Below, piece after piece: positions 35,306-44,019 of a stretch of 54,373 nucleotides of DNA. The stretch's first letter is position 1. Each line of letters begins with the position of its first letter. The DNA comes from a virus (taxonomy: Duplodnaviria; Caudoviricetes), in IMG/VR virus record IMGVR_UViG_3300027869_000008, positions 1-54,373 of that record; one strand, given 5' to 3'. A program made the translations under genes and the position numbers. The notes below the pieces were generated by a model. It ran no database searches, was not told the DNA's origin, and was given only the letters and a program-made list of their open reading frames with translations.

Positions 35306-36247
35306 AGCAACAATGGAAGGCAGATTGTCTTTTATGGGGCAACCGGAACATGGAAGACCTCGAACATCGGCAAGGCAGCTATCTACATTCATCGTAAATA
35401 CGGCCTCAAGACACGGTTAATCTCAATGGATGGAGGAGGTTACGAGCCTATTGATTCCTTGGTGAGTGCGGGAGTCGTAGAGCCGTGGGTTCTGCCACTC
35501 AGGGAGAATAAGATCGAGGCCCTGGATCTTGCATGTCTAGGGTACTGGCCTGAGAACGTGGATGACCCGAAGTCGAAGATCGTTGCACCAAGTGACAGCA
35601 CGTGGACCAAAGTGGGGATGGTCGCTTTCGAGGGGATGACTTCAGGGGGGGATATGATGATGGGGGCTCTCCGGGATAAGAGTGTCTCCCTCTCACAGGA
35701 CCCTTCGTATAAATACGTGGAGGGATCGAAGACCTACAGCGGCAGCAACATGGCCTACTTCGGGTTCGTGCAGGATCGCATCTATGACTACGTGAAGAAG
35801 TCTCACCTGATACCTTGTGAGAAAGTCCTCTGGAGTGCCCTGGAGTCAAGGGGAGAGGAGGACGGCGTAAAGGTCTACGGTCCTGCTATCGCTGGTAAGA
35901 AGGCCACGGGGAAGGCGGGGCAGTGGTTTGGGAATACACTTCACTTTGAGATGCTTCAGTGGGAGGAAAGTATTGAGATCGAGCCTGAGAAGGGGAAGAA
36001 GCTTAAACAAACCGTGGTACAGTCGAAGCCGATTATGTATCTGCGAAACCACGCGGACCCCGTTACGAAGATGACCTTCCCCGCGAAGACTCGTGCCCCA
36101 TTTCAACTAGCCGGGGAGGTCCCCACCTGGATGGAAGCGGATCTAGACAAGTTCTACACGTTCCTCGATGAACTGCGGGAGCGTGCTAAGAAGACGCAGT
36201 TTGCAGTTCCCTCAGCTACATCAACGAATGCATCAACAACCAAATAA
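35299..36247 (+). CDS. AAA_24/Sak4-like P-loop ATPase; 5' end needs a +1 shift or a non-canonical start
   Basis: Walker A YGATGTWKTS (35333-35362) is in frame with ORF 35426..36247 but has no in-frame ATG/GTG/TTG; Walker B VAFEG, YGPAIAGK, AKTR; lies between the Cas4-like nuclease and SSB. Confidence 0.75.
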
Positions 36248-36265
36248 AGGAGCCAATGAGTTAAC

Positions 36266-36919
36266 ATGAGTGATATCACACAGCTTGAGAATCTGCCCGA
36301 AGAAGTATCGGGTGAGGTGAATTGGGACGCCCCGGAATCAGGGAGTTTCCCGCCGACGATCTACCCTGGGGTGTATCCCTTCCTATTCATGCTCCCTGAG
36401 AGCCAGGAGGATCAATTCGAGGCCGTCCGGATTGATAACAGGGATTACCTTCAGGTGAATTTTACGGCGGCCATCCCCATCAGTGAGGTCCCCGAGGAGC
36501 GATTCGTGTTCGGGAAGCCAGAGGGGGAGGATTACGTCTATGTACGGTTCGAGAGGGCGAATGCGTATAAGACGGAGAAGATGCCGAATCACTCCCTGGG
36601 GGAGCTTTGTCGATCTCTGGGTGTCAAGGTGGAGCCCTTCACTAAGTCCATGATCATCGACACCCTCCGCTCAGCGGACGGGAAGGCCCGTGGGCTTGCG
36701 GAGTTCAAGTGGGATGCGTATGTGAAGAGTGATGAAGTTACGATCACTACGAGCCCCCGTAAGAAGCCCAAGCAGGGTAAGAAGACAGATATCCCGTGGC
36801 CCAAGGATAAGAATGGGAAGCTTATCACAGCGGCGACTGCACCGGATGGCAGTCAGGTCTATGGGAGGGAGAGGATTAATCGATTCAAGCTCCCTCCCAG
36901 GGATGACATCCCGTTCTAA
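36266..36919 (+). CDS. Single-stranded DNA-binding protein (putative)
   Basis: C-terminal DDIPF tail; PG.Y motif; follows the ATPase. Confidence 0.7.
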   Translation: MSDITQLENLPEEVSGEVNWDAPESGSFPPTIYPGVYPFLFMLPESQEDQFEAVRIDNRDYLQVNFTAAIPISEVPEERFVFGKPEGEDYVYVRFERANAYKTEKMPNHSLGELCRSLGVKVEPFTKSMIIDTLRSADGKARGLAEFKWDAYVKSDEVTITTSPRKKPKQGKKTDIPWPKDKNGKLITAATAPDGSQVYGRERINRFKLPPRDDIPF

Positions 36920-37152
36920 GATTCTCTCCACCAAACCACATTCGGGGCTCCCAAGGACTCGGATGACTCAGACTGGAGAGATTAGAGGGGGAGTGGAGAA
37001 CCGGAGCGGATTGGGAAACCTAAGCTATGGGAAACTTTAGACCTACACGGGCTAGAGTGGGCTCACATACCTAGTTAACTAGGACCGTAGTGGACGCTCC
37101 CCCCTGAACTAAGATCGTTCAGTGTTACAATCGAAGCAGAGGAGAAACAAAC

Positions 37153-37356
37153 ATGGCAGATGTTAAGGTAACAACGATTCAGGTGATTGATTATTTCGCG
37201 GGGGCCCCCCTGGAGATTGCGCGGGAAGTGTTGGCGCTCTCTCAGGAGACGCTCAATCGACGGGCAGCGAAGGGTGCAGCCATCAAGGCGGCGGTGAAGA
37301 AGAGTCATCATAAGAAGAAGCCTGCTGGAGATCAAGCCGCTCCCACCGCTGAGTAG
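37153..37356 (+). CDS. Small basic protein embedded in a structured non-coding region
   Basis: RBS GAGGAG; A/K-rich tail. Confidence 0.75.
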   Translation: MADVKVTTIQVIDYFAGAPLEIAREVLALSQETLNRRAAKGAAIKAAVKKSHHKKKPAGDQAAPTAE

Positions 37357-37365
37357 TTTAGGCTG

Positions 37366-37438
37366 GGGGAGAGCTCTGCTAGTGGAGATTGCCAAGGTGC
37401 GCCAAGACCTTGGACCACTCCAATGCCTCCCCCCTTTT
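37366..37438 (+). terminator. Long imperfect hairpin followed by a U-tract
   Basis: gggggag/ctccccc, tggag/ctcca, ccaaggt/accttgg, then tttt. Confidence 0.55.
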
Positions 37439-37610
37439 ACTCTAAGGGTATGGGGCCATACTATGGCTGGAGTCGCTTCGATATCAAAGCCGGAGACTCT
37501 GACGCGGTTGGCCCCTCCGCTTTGTTACACTGATGAGACTGGCGAGTATGTCTCAGGGCTTACCCCGCCCAAGGGATGCAATGTCCCCTTACTCATGTTG
37601 GCGCGTACTC

Positions 37611-37648
37611 GGGGCCACTGGCGAGGCCAAGACCAGTGGTTTTGTTTT
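37611..37648 (+). terminator. Putative intrinsic terminator
   Basis: ggccactgg/ccagtggtt stem then tttgtttt. Confidence 0.5.
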
Positions 37649-37766
37649 AGAGGTAGGGAGGGAGGGATGCCTTGTGCCAGGGAAGTTGACTCCAACTCCT
37701 ATAACTCCATACGGGTAAAAGTGGGGGAGCACCGAGCCACTTTGAATAAACGAGTGCTTTGAATAT

Positions 37767-37837
37767 GGGGCCTGAAAAGGAGATGTTCATGCTTGGATCG
37801 GCGTCCAGTCAGGGCGGATTCTAATTTGGCCCCACCA
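37767..37837 (+). ncRNA. tRNA-like element (GGGGCC...GGCCCC-A-CCA), non-canonical
   Basis: 71 nt; acceptor-like stem, discriminator A and encoded CCA; ttgga/tccag hairpin; degenerate TTCTAAT loop; no proper cloverleaf. Confidence 0.35.
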
Positions 37838-37846
37838 GTTTCGATA

Positions 37847-37887
37847 AAGGTAGGGCCTAATAGCGAGCGTCGAGCGAAGGCGAGACG
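37847..37887 (+). repeat. Dispersed repeat copy 2 (tandem-GA hairpin element)
   Basis: aaggtagggcctaa-N4-gagcgtcgagcgaaggcgagacg. Confidence 0.7.
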
Positions 37888-37959
37888 TGAGCCTCAGAGC
37901 ACACAGGGGAGCGAATGCGAGGTACGAGCTTCAGGTCACCTAATACTAAGGGGAGCGTC

Positions 37960-38166
37960 ATGATTCCAGATAGTCTGTTAGAGAGTCGCAAACGGACAGT
38001 ATCGAGGAAACTTTGGTGGATGACCTTGAGGTGGAGACTGTGGAAGCTGATTGGTGTTGAGACGGCTGTGGCCTGTGCGACGTGTGGAGCTACGCTGCCA
38101 TTGACACTGGAGAGCTTCTGGGCGCATCAGATGAATCATTGGAGGAATCGAGGGGAGATTGAATGA
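37960..38166 (+). CDS. Small C2H2-like Zn-finger protein
   Basis: RBS GGAG before MIPDSLL; CATC...H...H. Confidence 0.6.
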   Translation: MIPDSLLESRKRTVSRKLWWMTLRWRLWKLIGVETAVACATCGATLPLTLESFWAHQMNHWRNRGEIE

Positions 38167-38585
38167 TCTTACCACCAATCGAAGTCTATTGTGCTAATTG
38201 TGGGGGGAAGTTCAGACAAGGATTGATCAATAACCACCGGGACCTCCACCCTGAGTGTAGGCCGGAGTGGGAGTGGAGGTATGCTGCTGCGATCCTTGGG
38301 CGTGATACTAGTCGCGAGGCCTTCAAAAGTAATAGGGAGGCTGCTAAAATTGTGGAGTCGTCCGAAGCAATGAAGAAGTCGAGACCGAAGATTGCTCCCT
38401 ACCTGCACTGGCTCCGTGGCGTCCAGGCTCATGGTGGGGGATTCCTCAGGGCCTTCCATGAAGCATGGATAGTAGCGGACCCTAGTAACCGGGAGATCCT
38501 TGAGGCTCCTCTTAGGAAGCTGATGGAGAAGTATCCTGATTACATTAAGTTAGGGAGAAAATTGAATGGGGAGGTTGAGGAATGA
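38163..38585 (+). CDS. Hypothetical protein with CxxC
   Basis: ATGA overlaps; HGGGF..A...AW..AD..N motif. Confidence 0.75.
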   Translation: MILPPIEVYCANCGGKFRQGLINNHRDLHPECRPEWEWRYAAAILGRDTSREAFKSNREAAKIVESSEAMKKSRPKIAPYLHWLRGVQAHGGGFLRAFHEAWIVADPSNREILEAPLRKLMEKYPDYIKLGRKLNGEVEE

Positions 38586-38815
38586 GTGAGCTGATTCAAA
38601 TTCCATACATCGAGAATCAAGATGAGAGGGAACGAGCGGCCTATCGAGTGGCATCGAATCGCCGCTTCGAGACTTCTCTCCGGGAGCATCCTGAATACTG
38701 GGACACTGAGTCGAGGGAGTACCTGGAGGGGGAGCTTCAGGTTGATGTACTGGATCTCCTGATTCGGTGTGAGCGGGGAGAGATCGATGAGTGTAAGGAG
38801 ATCGAGGCATTATGA
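38582..38815 (+). CDS. Acidic hypothetical protein
   Basis: ATGA overlaps on both sides. Confidence 0.7.
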   Translation: MSELIQIPYIENQDERERAAYRVASNRRFETSLREHPEYWDTESREYLEGELQVDVLDLLIRCERGEIDECKEIEAL

Positions 38816-39063
38816 GCAAAGGTAAAACCTGGATCAGTCTTGTCGATAAGCATACGAAGAATAATCTTGGCTTCATGCTATTCGACACTCACGTAGATGT
38901 GATGTCAGTAGAACTGACTGAGGAAGAGTTTCAGGAGGCTATACGGGACGCCTCCCCAAGAGAGCTTGAATTCTATAAGACAGCCAAGAGGGGAGTTGTA
39001 TTACACCTTGAGGATGTAGATGCTCCAATGGTTAATGCAAACGGGAAGCTCATAAAGGAATAA
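38812..39063 (+). CDS. Hypothetical protein
   Basis: ATGA overlap; ends 1 nt before the polymerase gene. Confidence 0.7.
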   Translation: MSKGKTWISLVDKHTKNNLGFMLFDTHVDVMSVELTEEEFQEAIRDASPRELEFYKTAKRGVVLHLEDVDAPMVNANGKLIKE

Positions 39064-39064
39064 A

Positions 39065-41671
39065 ATGGTCTGTGGCCCTCACTGTAACGACTGCCCTCAG
39101 CAACCTATCGGGAATAAGTTCATCCCCCCCAGTGGCACAGGTTCCTCAGGGATGATGCTAGTTGCGGATAGTCCGTGGATCGATGAGATTCGTCTTGGTT
39201 ATCCCTTCGCTGGAGCAGCGGGGAGTATGTTAGACCGGATGCTCAAGAGAGCAGGAATCGACAGACATACTCTCACAATCGTTAACACGATCCAATGTCA
39301 ACCCCCACGTCTGGGGTGGATGGATAATTCCCATAAAATCCCTGAAGCCGCTGCCGCCATTAATCACTGCCGTCCCCACCTTGATGAGCTGATCGCTCAG
39401 CGGCAACCCAGGGTGATTGTTCCGATGGGGAATGTAGCCTTGGAGCGGGTGTGTGGAGTCAGGGGGATAGAAGAGAGGCAGGCGTATTATCACCCGACTC
39501 AGGGCTACGGGTGCTGGGCTATCCCCACCTTTCATCCCTCAAACATCCTACAGGGGAATCAGAAGTTCGTCCCCGCCTTTCTATTTGCACTACGTAGAGC
39601 TAAGGAAGCCGCAGAGGGAATAGGACTAGATCACTTTAATCTGATCCTCGATCCCTCCCCGATGGACCTAGAGGCATACATCGACTCCCTCCCTGAGCAC
39701 CTCGAATACATCGTCCTGGACATCGAGACTCCCGAGTCGTCATCTCTAGATGAAGATGAGCTAGAAGAAAGTGGCGTCAGCTTCAACATTGTGAGAGCTG
39801 GTTTCTGCGCCCGAGAGACTGAGGGAGTATCATTCCCCTGGACCCCCCCTTACATCCCCCTCCTCCAGAAGGTGATTGATCGAGCAGGATTCATTGTAGA
39901 GTGGGCCACGAATCACTTTGACTCGCGTAGACTTCGAGCTCACGGTATTACCATCCCCCCCGAGAAATCCGTCAGTGGAATGTGGCAGTGGCATTTCCTC
40001 CACTCTGATCTCCCCAAGGGCCTCGGTAAGGTAGCTCCCTTCTTTATGAGGCTGGAGCCCTGGAAACATCTATCCAGCGCCCAACCAGCCTACTACAACG
40101 CAATGGACCAAGCAGTTCCCTTCACGATCTGGAAGAAGTGTGAGGAGGCTCTGCGTAGAGAGGGGAGGTGGGATGCTTATCGTAGACATATCCTCGACAT
40201 GGAAGGTCCTTTCGCGGAGATGCACTCCGCTGGGATTCTCATCGATACAGTGGCCCAGGATAAGCTAAAGGGAGAGCTTGAGGAGGACTACAAGGTAGAG
40301 GTCTCGAAGATCCAACCTCTCATCCCTGAGAGTATCTTGAAGGAAAAACTCTGGAAACGCCCCCCGAAGGATATGCAGGGAGTTCAGTCTAGGATCATCG
40401 ACTGCTTCGTCTGCGACGCCACAGGTCTCCAAGAGGGAGGCACGAAGCCTTGTAAGACTTGCAAGGCCACCGGGAAGGTCACAGAGTACTTCAAGAAGCT
40501 CCCCTTTAACCCACATGGGAGCGCCCCGGATACGAAGAACCTAGCCCGTCACCTAGGGCTAAAGCTCCCCAAGTCTAGAGAAACTGGCGACGACACCGCC
40601 CAGGAGAAGCACCTGAAGGTCTTCGCGAGGAAGTTTCCGATCTTCTTGGACATCCTACGAGCTAGGAAGATCTCTAAGATGGGGAGTGCGTACATTTGGC
40701 CTACGGATAGCCAAGGTAGAATCCATACGACCTTTGGCTTTCATCCATCGACGCTTCGTAAGTCAAGCCGCTCCCCCGCGTTACAGACGATCCCCAAGAG
40801 AGATCCCATCTTAGCTGCGAGGGTGAGGAGGACGATTAAGTCCTCCCCTGGCCATAGATTACTAACAGCAGACTCCGCCGCAATCGAAGCCGTCCTAACA
40901 GGATACTGGGCTAAGTCGAAGCCCCTCATGCGCTTATCTACAGCGGGTATCCACGATTGGCTCCTCGCGAAGAAGCTGGGCCAACCGATCCCCTTAGACA
41001 TCCCTGATGACGAATTAAGGGCCCGTTGTAAGGCCGCCAAGAAACTAAACCCAGTCCTGCGGGAAATGTGTAAGCGCGTGATCCACATGTCAAACTATCT
41101 TGCGACCCCCAATCGCATCCTCGAAGAATACCCCGATGACTTCAAGTCTCTAAAGGAAGCCAGGGAGCTCCAGGATTTCTACCTTGATACTGAACCTGGG
41201 CAGGACCTTCGTAGATGGCACAAGCAAACCTGCGACGAAGCCTCCTATCACACCTATCTCGACAATAGCTTCGGCTACCGTCATTACTTCTTTGATGTCT
41301 ACACCTTCAGCTACTCCCGCTATCGATCCCTTAAGTCAAAGGGGATGTGTGATGCGGATGCCCGTAGCGGCGCGTGGACCTGGGGAGATGACGCGAAGAG
41401 GGCCATCGCTTTCCGGCCTCAGTCGGATGCCTCAGCGATCCAGACCCTCATCGTCCTGTGGCTCCGTGAACACTACCCTGAGATCGCCCAGTGGCTTCGA
41501 CTCCTGATCCATGATGAACTCGTCTTTGACATGCCGGAGGCTCTCATTGAACCATCGGTCCCCATCGTCAAAGAAGCAATGGAGCAACCGTGGCCCCAGC
41601 TTCAAGGACTTCGGATAGGATGTGAAATGAAGGTAGGATTGAATCTAGCAGATATGGAGGTGATAGCATGA
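39065..41671 (+). CDS. polA: Family A DNA polymerase fused to an N-terminal uracil-DNA glycosylase-like domain, with 3'-5' exonuclease
   Basis: UDG: CNDCP, PFAGAAG, N..C.PP, PTFHPS; exo: LDIET, NHFD, YNAMD; pol: R.SS.SP.LQTIP, ADSAAIE, R...K...Y, PQS.A, IHDELVF. Confidence 0.93.
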   Translation: MVCGPHCNDCPQQPIGNKFIPPSGTGSSGMMLVADSPWIDEIRLGYPFAGAAGSMLDRMLKRAGIDRHTLTIVNTIQCQPPRLGWMDNSHKIPEAAAAINHCRPHLDELIAQRQPRVIVPMGNVALERVCGVRGIEERQAYYHPTQGYGCWAIPTFHPSNILQGNQKFVPAFLFALRRAKEAAEGIGLDHFNLILDPSPMDLEAYIDSLPEHLEYIVLDIETPESSSLDEDELEESGVSFNIVRAGFCARETEGVSFPWTPPYIPLLQKVIDRAGFIVEWATNHFDSRRLRAHGITIPPEKSVSGMWQWHFLHSDLPKGLGKVAPFFMRLEPWKHLSSAQPAYYNAMDQAVPFTIWKKCEEALRREGRWDAYRRHILDMEGPFAEMHSAGILIDTVAQDKLKGELEEDYKVEVSKIQPLIPESILKEKLWKRPPKDMQGVQSRIIDCFVCDATGLQEGGTKPCKTCKATGKVTEYFKKLPFNPHGSAPDTKNLARHLGLKLPKSRETGDDTAQEKHLKVFARKFPIFLDILRARKISKMGSAYIWPTDSQGRIHTTFGFHPSTLRKSSRSPALQTIPKRDPILAARVRRTIKSSPGHRLLTADSAAIEAVLTGYWAKSKPLMRLSTAGIHDWLLAKKLGQPIPLDIPDDELRARCKAAKKLNPVLREMCKRVIHMSNYLATPNRILEEYPDDFKSLKEARELQDFYLDTEPGQDLRRWHKQTCDEASYHTYLDNSFGYRHYFFDVYTFSYSRYRSLKSKGMCDADARSGAWTWGDDAKRAIAFRPQSDASAIQTLIVLWLREHYPEIAQWLRLLIHDELVFDMPEALIEPSVPIVKEAMEQPWPQLQGLRIGCEMKVGLNLADMEVIA

Positions 41672-41823
41672 GCGAGGATGACCTCAGAGTAATTAGCCAC
41701 AGACTAACTTCCCTACGTTCCCTACTAGCGGGGAAGAAATCCGAGATTGATTTCCTGGAGAAGGAGATCAAGAGGTTAGAAGACCAACTTGAGGAGGCAC
41801 TAAAATGCACGTCGAAGGCCTAA
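41668..41823 (+). CDS. 51-aa coiled-coil peptide (MSEDDLRVISHRL...)
   Basis: Hand translation; ATGA overlap with the polymerase stop; RBS GGAGGT. Confidence 0.65.
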   Translation: MSEDDLRVISHRLTSLRSLLAGKKSEIDFLEKEIKRLEDQLEEALKCTSKA

Positions 41824-42050
41824 CCATTGTACAATCGTCAGAGATCAAGGAGCTCCTCCTAGACTACCGTGGAGGTGGGGAGGGGAACTGGATTATCGAT
41901 AGGGAGAGCGGGGAGCTCGTTTCAGAGATCCTTAGGATCATAAGCTACAAGCCCCCCACCTCCCCAAGGGCTACGGCTGTGGCGTTGCAGGAGGAGTCGT
42001 CGGCACAGCGCCAAACGCCTGCCCGAAGATCGACTCCGCCACCACGATAG
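41805..42050 (+). CDS. Hypothetical protein, last gene of the rightward arm
   Basis: RBS GAGGAGG. Confidence 0.55.
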   Translation: MHVEGLTIVQSSEIKELLLDYRGGGEGNWIIDRESGELVSEILRIISYKPPTSPRATAVALQEESSAQRQTPARRSTPPPR

Positions 42051-42147
42051 CGCCGACGATCTTCTGAGACTGTGGATTGTGGATGAAGACTGGGAGCACG
42101 GCTTCCTCAGTTTGCATCAGGGCTTGGAAGAATTTTTGCCAATTCAT
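41971..42147 (-). CDS. 58-aa amphipathic/membrane peptide (MNWQKFFQALMQ...), possible lysis accessory
   Basis: Hand translation; RBS AAAAGGAG; last gene of the late arm. Confidence 0.7.
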   Translation of the reverse strand: MNWQKFFQALMQTEEAVLPVFIHNPQSQKIVGAIVVAESIFGQAFGAVPTTPPATPQP

Positions 42148-42174
42148 TTTGTCAGTTCTCCTTTTTGGGTACTA

Positions 42175-42864
42175 CTATACCTTCGATTTCACTTCTGAGT
42201 CTCCTAATAGGTCTCGGTTAGATGCGACAAACAACGCCATCCACAGCCCCGTGCTATTAGTAATTTCAGGGTGCTTCTTCACAACACTGGAGATTATATC
42301 TCCAAATTTGCTCTCCAGGGAGAGCATCATCAAGTAATCGAAACGCTCCTCCCCTGGAACCGATTTAGTCTCCAATTCCACAACTGAGCGGTGGGTATCA
42401 AAGAATTGCGTCAACTCTTTGCGGTACTGGGCGAAGTCTCCACGGACTGAGGGGGAAATAAGACTGAGAGGGGAATTCTCCACGAAGGCCCCTGCACGAA
42501 TACCGTCTATCTTCCCCCCGCGCATAATATGAGCCCACATCCACTCAGTTTGAAGCCTGAGCTTAGCCATCTCTTCCCGGCGAATTATTTCCGACTTCCG
42601 CGCGTCCTTCAGTTCTTCTTCGATCTGCTCTATACTTCGGATGACGGCCAAGAATAGTTCATATTGCTCCTCAGTTAGCTGTTTTCCAGTTGGACGGGGG
42701 CGGCTCTCAAGTTCGGCAAGCCGACGTAGAACTTCCCCATCCCCCTGAGTGTTCTGGATTCGCAAGGCGATTGCCTTGAACACAGGGTTTAGTATTAAGT
42801 AAAGTAACCCAATGCACGCCCCAGCTATCCCAAGTTTCGACCAAACGTCCCAAGCGGCGTTCAC
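42175..42864 (-). CDS. Membrane-anchored coiled-coil protein in the lysis cassette
   Basis: N-terminal TM LGIAGACIGLLYLIL, then coiled coil. Confidence 0.7.
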   Translation of the reverse strand: MNAAWDVWSKLGIAGACIGLLYLILNPVFKAIALRIQNTQGDGEVLRRLAELESRPRPTGKQLTEEQYELFLAVIRSIEQIEEELKDARKSEIIRREEMAKLRLQTEWMWAHIMRGGKIDGIRAGAFVENSPLSLISPSVRGDFAQYRKELTQFFDTHRSVVELETKSVPGEERFDYLMMLSLESKFGDIISSVVKKHPEITNSTGLWMALFVASNRDLLGDSEVKSKV

Positions 42865-43136
42865 GAAGGGCCTCCACTTATTTTCACCGCTGAGTCTTTT
42901 TGCACCGTCGTACCGTCCGATGCTGTGACGGTTGAGTGGGTTTCTTGCACGAATCCCGGCAACGGTGGAGCCTTGAAGCTTGCGATGCGATGGATCACTC
43001 CGTAGAGCACGGCATACGCCCGACCTGGAATGCAGTTGTCACATGTTCCGGGGTCTGGAAGTATGCGCAACAAGCACGTCGCCCCGAACACTATGTAGAT
43101 CCCGTAATTAACTGCCTGTGTCAAGGTGATGTTCAA
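42861..43136 (-). CDS. Putative holin
   Basis: Two hydrophobic segments; TTG overlaps the endolysin stop, RBS GGAGGT. Confidence 0.5.
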   Translation of the reverse strand: MNITLTQAVNYGIYIVFGATCLLRILPDPGTCDNCIPGRAYAVLYGVIHRIASFKAPPLPGFVQETHSTVTASDGTTVQKDSAVKISGGPS

Positions 43137-43642
43137 GCCGCAACCTCCATGCCCGCGAGAGTCCACACCGCCTTAATTCCCTCATCCCCTCCATTTGCTG
43201 CTAGGAAAGTAGCCTTTGTCTGAGCATCCGGACTAACAGGGAGGGAGCCAGTCAATTGAAAATGGGGGGCGTCTGGGATAGTCCTCCAGGTAGATCCGGA
43301 AACTAATCCAAGGGCCTCCCCAGTGGACTCCATTAGTTTCCAGTCAGGGTGAGATGGGTTCCAGTCGGGATTATAAGGGGTCCCTGGGCCTTGGGTGGAA
43401 GGAACGCAATCAACGGCTAAGCCATAGTTATGCCAGGATGTCCCACCGGGAGCATTCGTCACGATATTCCCTGGGGTTGTGCGACCCTGAGCGTAGAGTG
43501 CATCCTGCTCCCCCCATGTTCTCAGTCCTTGGACAACACGAATCTCGATCCCCTTTTGTTCAAGCCCAGCAGAGAGCTGGCGAATTAGATCCGCGAGCTT
43601 CGGGTGAACTTGAGATAGTCGAGTTTCAGAGACGTTATCCAC
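43133..43642 (-). CDS. Endolysin, M15 family (L-Ala-D-Glu peptidase-like)
   Basis: GLRT..EQ..LYAQGRT.PG.IVTNA..G.SWHNYGLAVD...DAPHFQL. Confidence 0.93.
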   Translation of the reverse strand: MDNVSETRLSQVHPKLADLIRQLSAGLEQKGIEIRVVQGLRTWGEQDALYAQGRTTPGNIVTNAPGGTSWHNYGLAVDCVPSTQGPGTPYNPDWNPSHPDWKLMESTGEALGLVSGSTWRTIPDAPHFQLTGSLPVSPDAQTKATFLAANGGDEGIKAVWTLAGMEVAA

Positions 43643-43672
43643 GAATATTCCCCTACGATCCCACGGCGAACA

Positions 43673-43993
43673 CTACACCTGTGGATAGAGTCCGATTGAG
43701 CCGCTTCCGTCCAAATTCAGACCGCTGTGGACGGCTTTGATTCCAGGGAACGAGTTACCGTCACCGATCAGTCCTGGCGTGATCGACGCGTCAAAGCCCG
43801 ATAACGCCGCTTGCAATTGGGCATTCGTGATCTGTTGATCCGCTGTGCCCATTAAGATATTCCCGTTTGCGTCCACGCCGACAACGGGATCGTTTTGAGT
43901 ACGTGTGTGGCCTATTGGGATGATGCCGAAAGGCAACCACGCATCATCCGCTCCTTGTAGGTACTGCCGTATTTGTCCTAGTGTGTAAGCCAT
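43673..43993 (-). CDS. Hypothetical protein
   Basis: RBS AAAGGAG before MAYTLGQ. Confidence 0.7.
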   Translation of the reverse strand: MAYTLGQIRQYLQGADDAWLPFGIIPIGHTRTQNDPVVGVDANGNILMGTADQQITNAQLQAALSGFDASITPGLIGDGNSFPGIKAVHSGLNLDGSGSIGLYPQV

Positions 43994-44019
43994 TGTTGTT
44001 TCTCCTTTTTGACTATGCT

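Noticed and set aside
37366-37438. SRP (4.5S) RNA
   Set aside because: Lacks the GNRA tetraloop and the CAGG/AGCA internal loop.
37530-37560. Hammerhead ribozyme core CTGATGA followed by a stem
   Set aside because: No GAAA after stem II and no matching stems I/III.
37452-37837. Canonical tmRNA or tRNA
   Set aside because: No G3-U70 pair, no well-formed T-arm or D-loop motif, no clear tag frame; kept only as a tRNA-like candidate.
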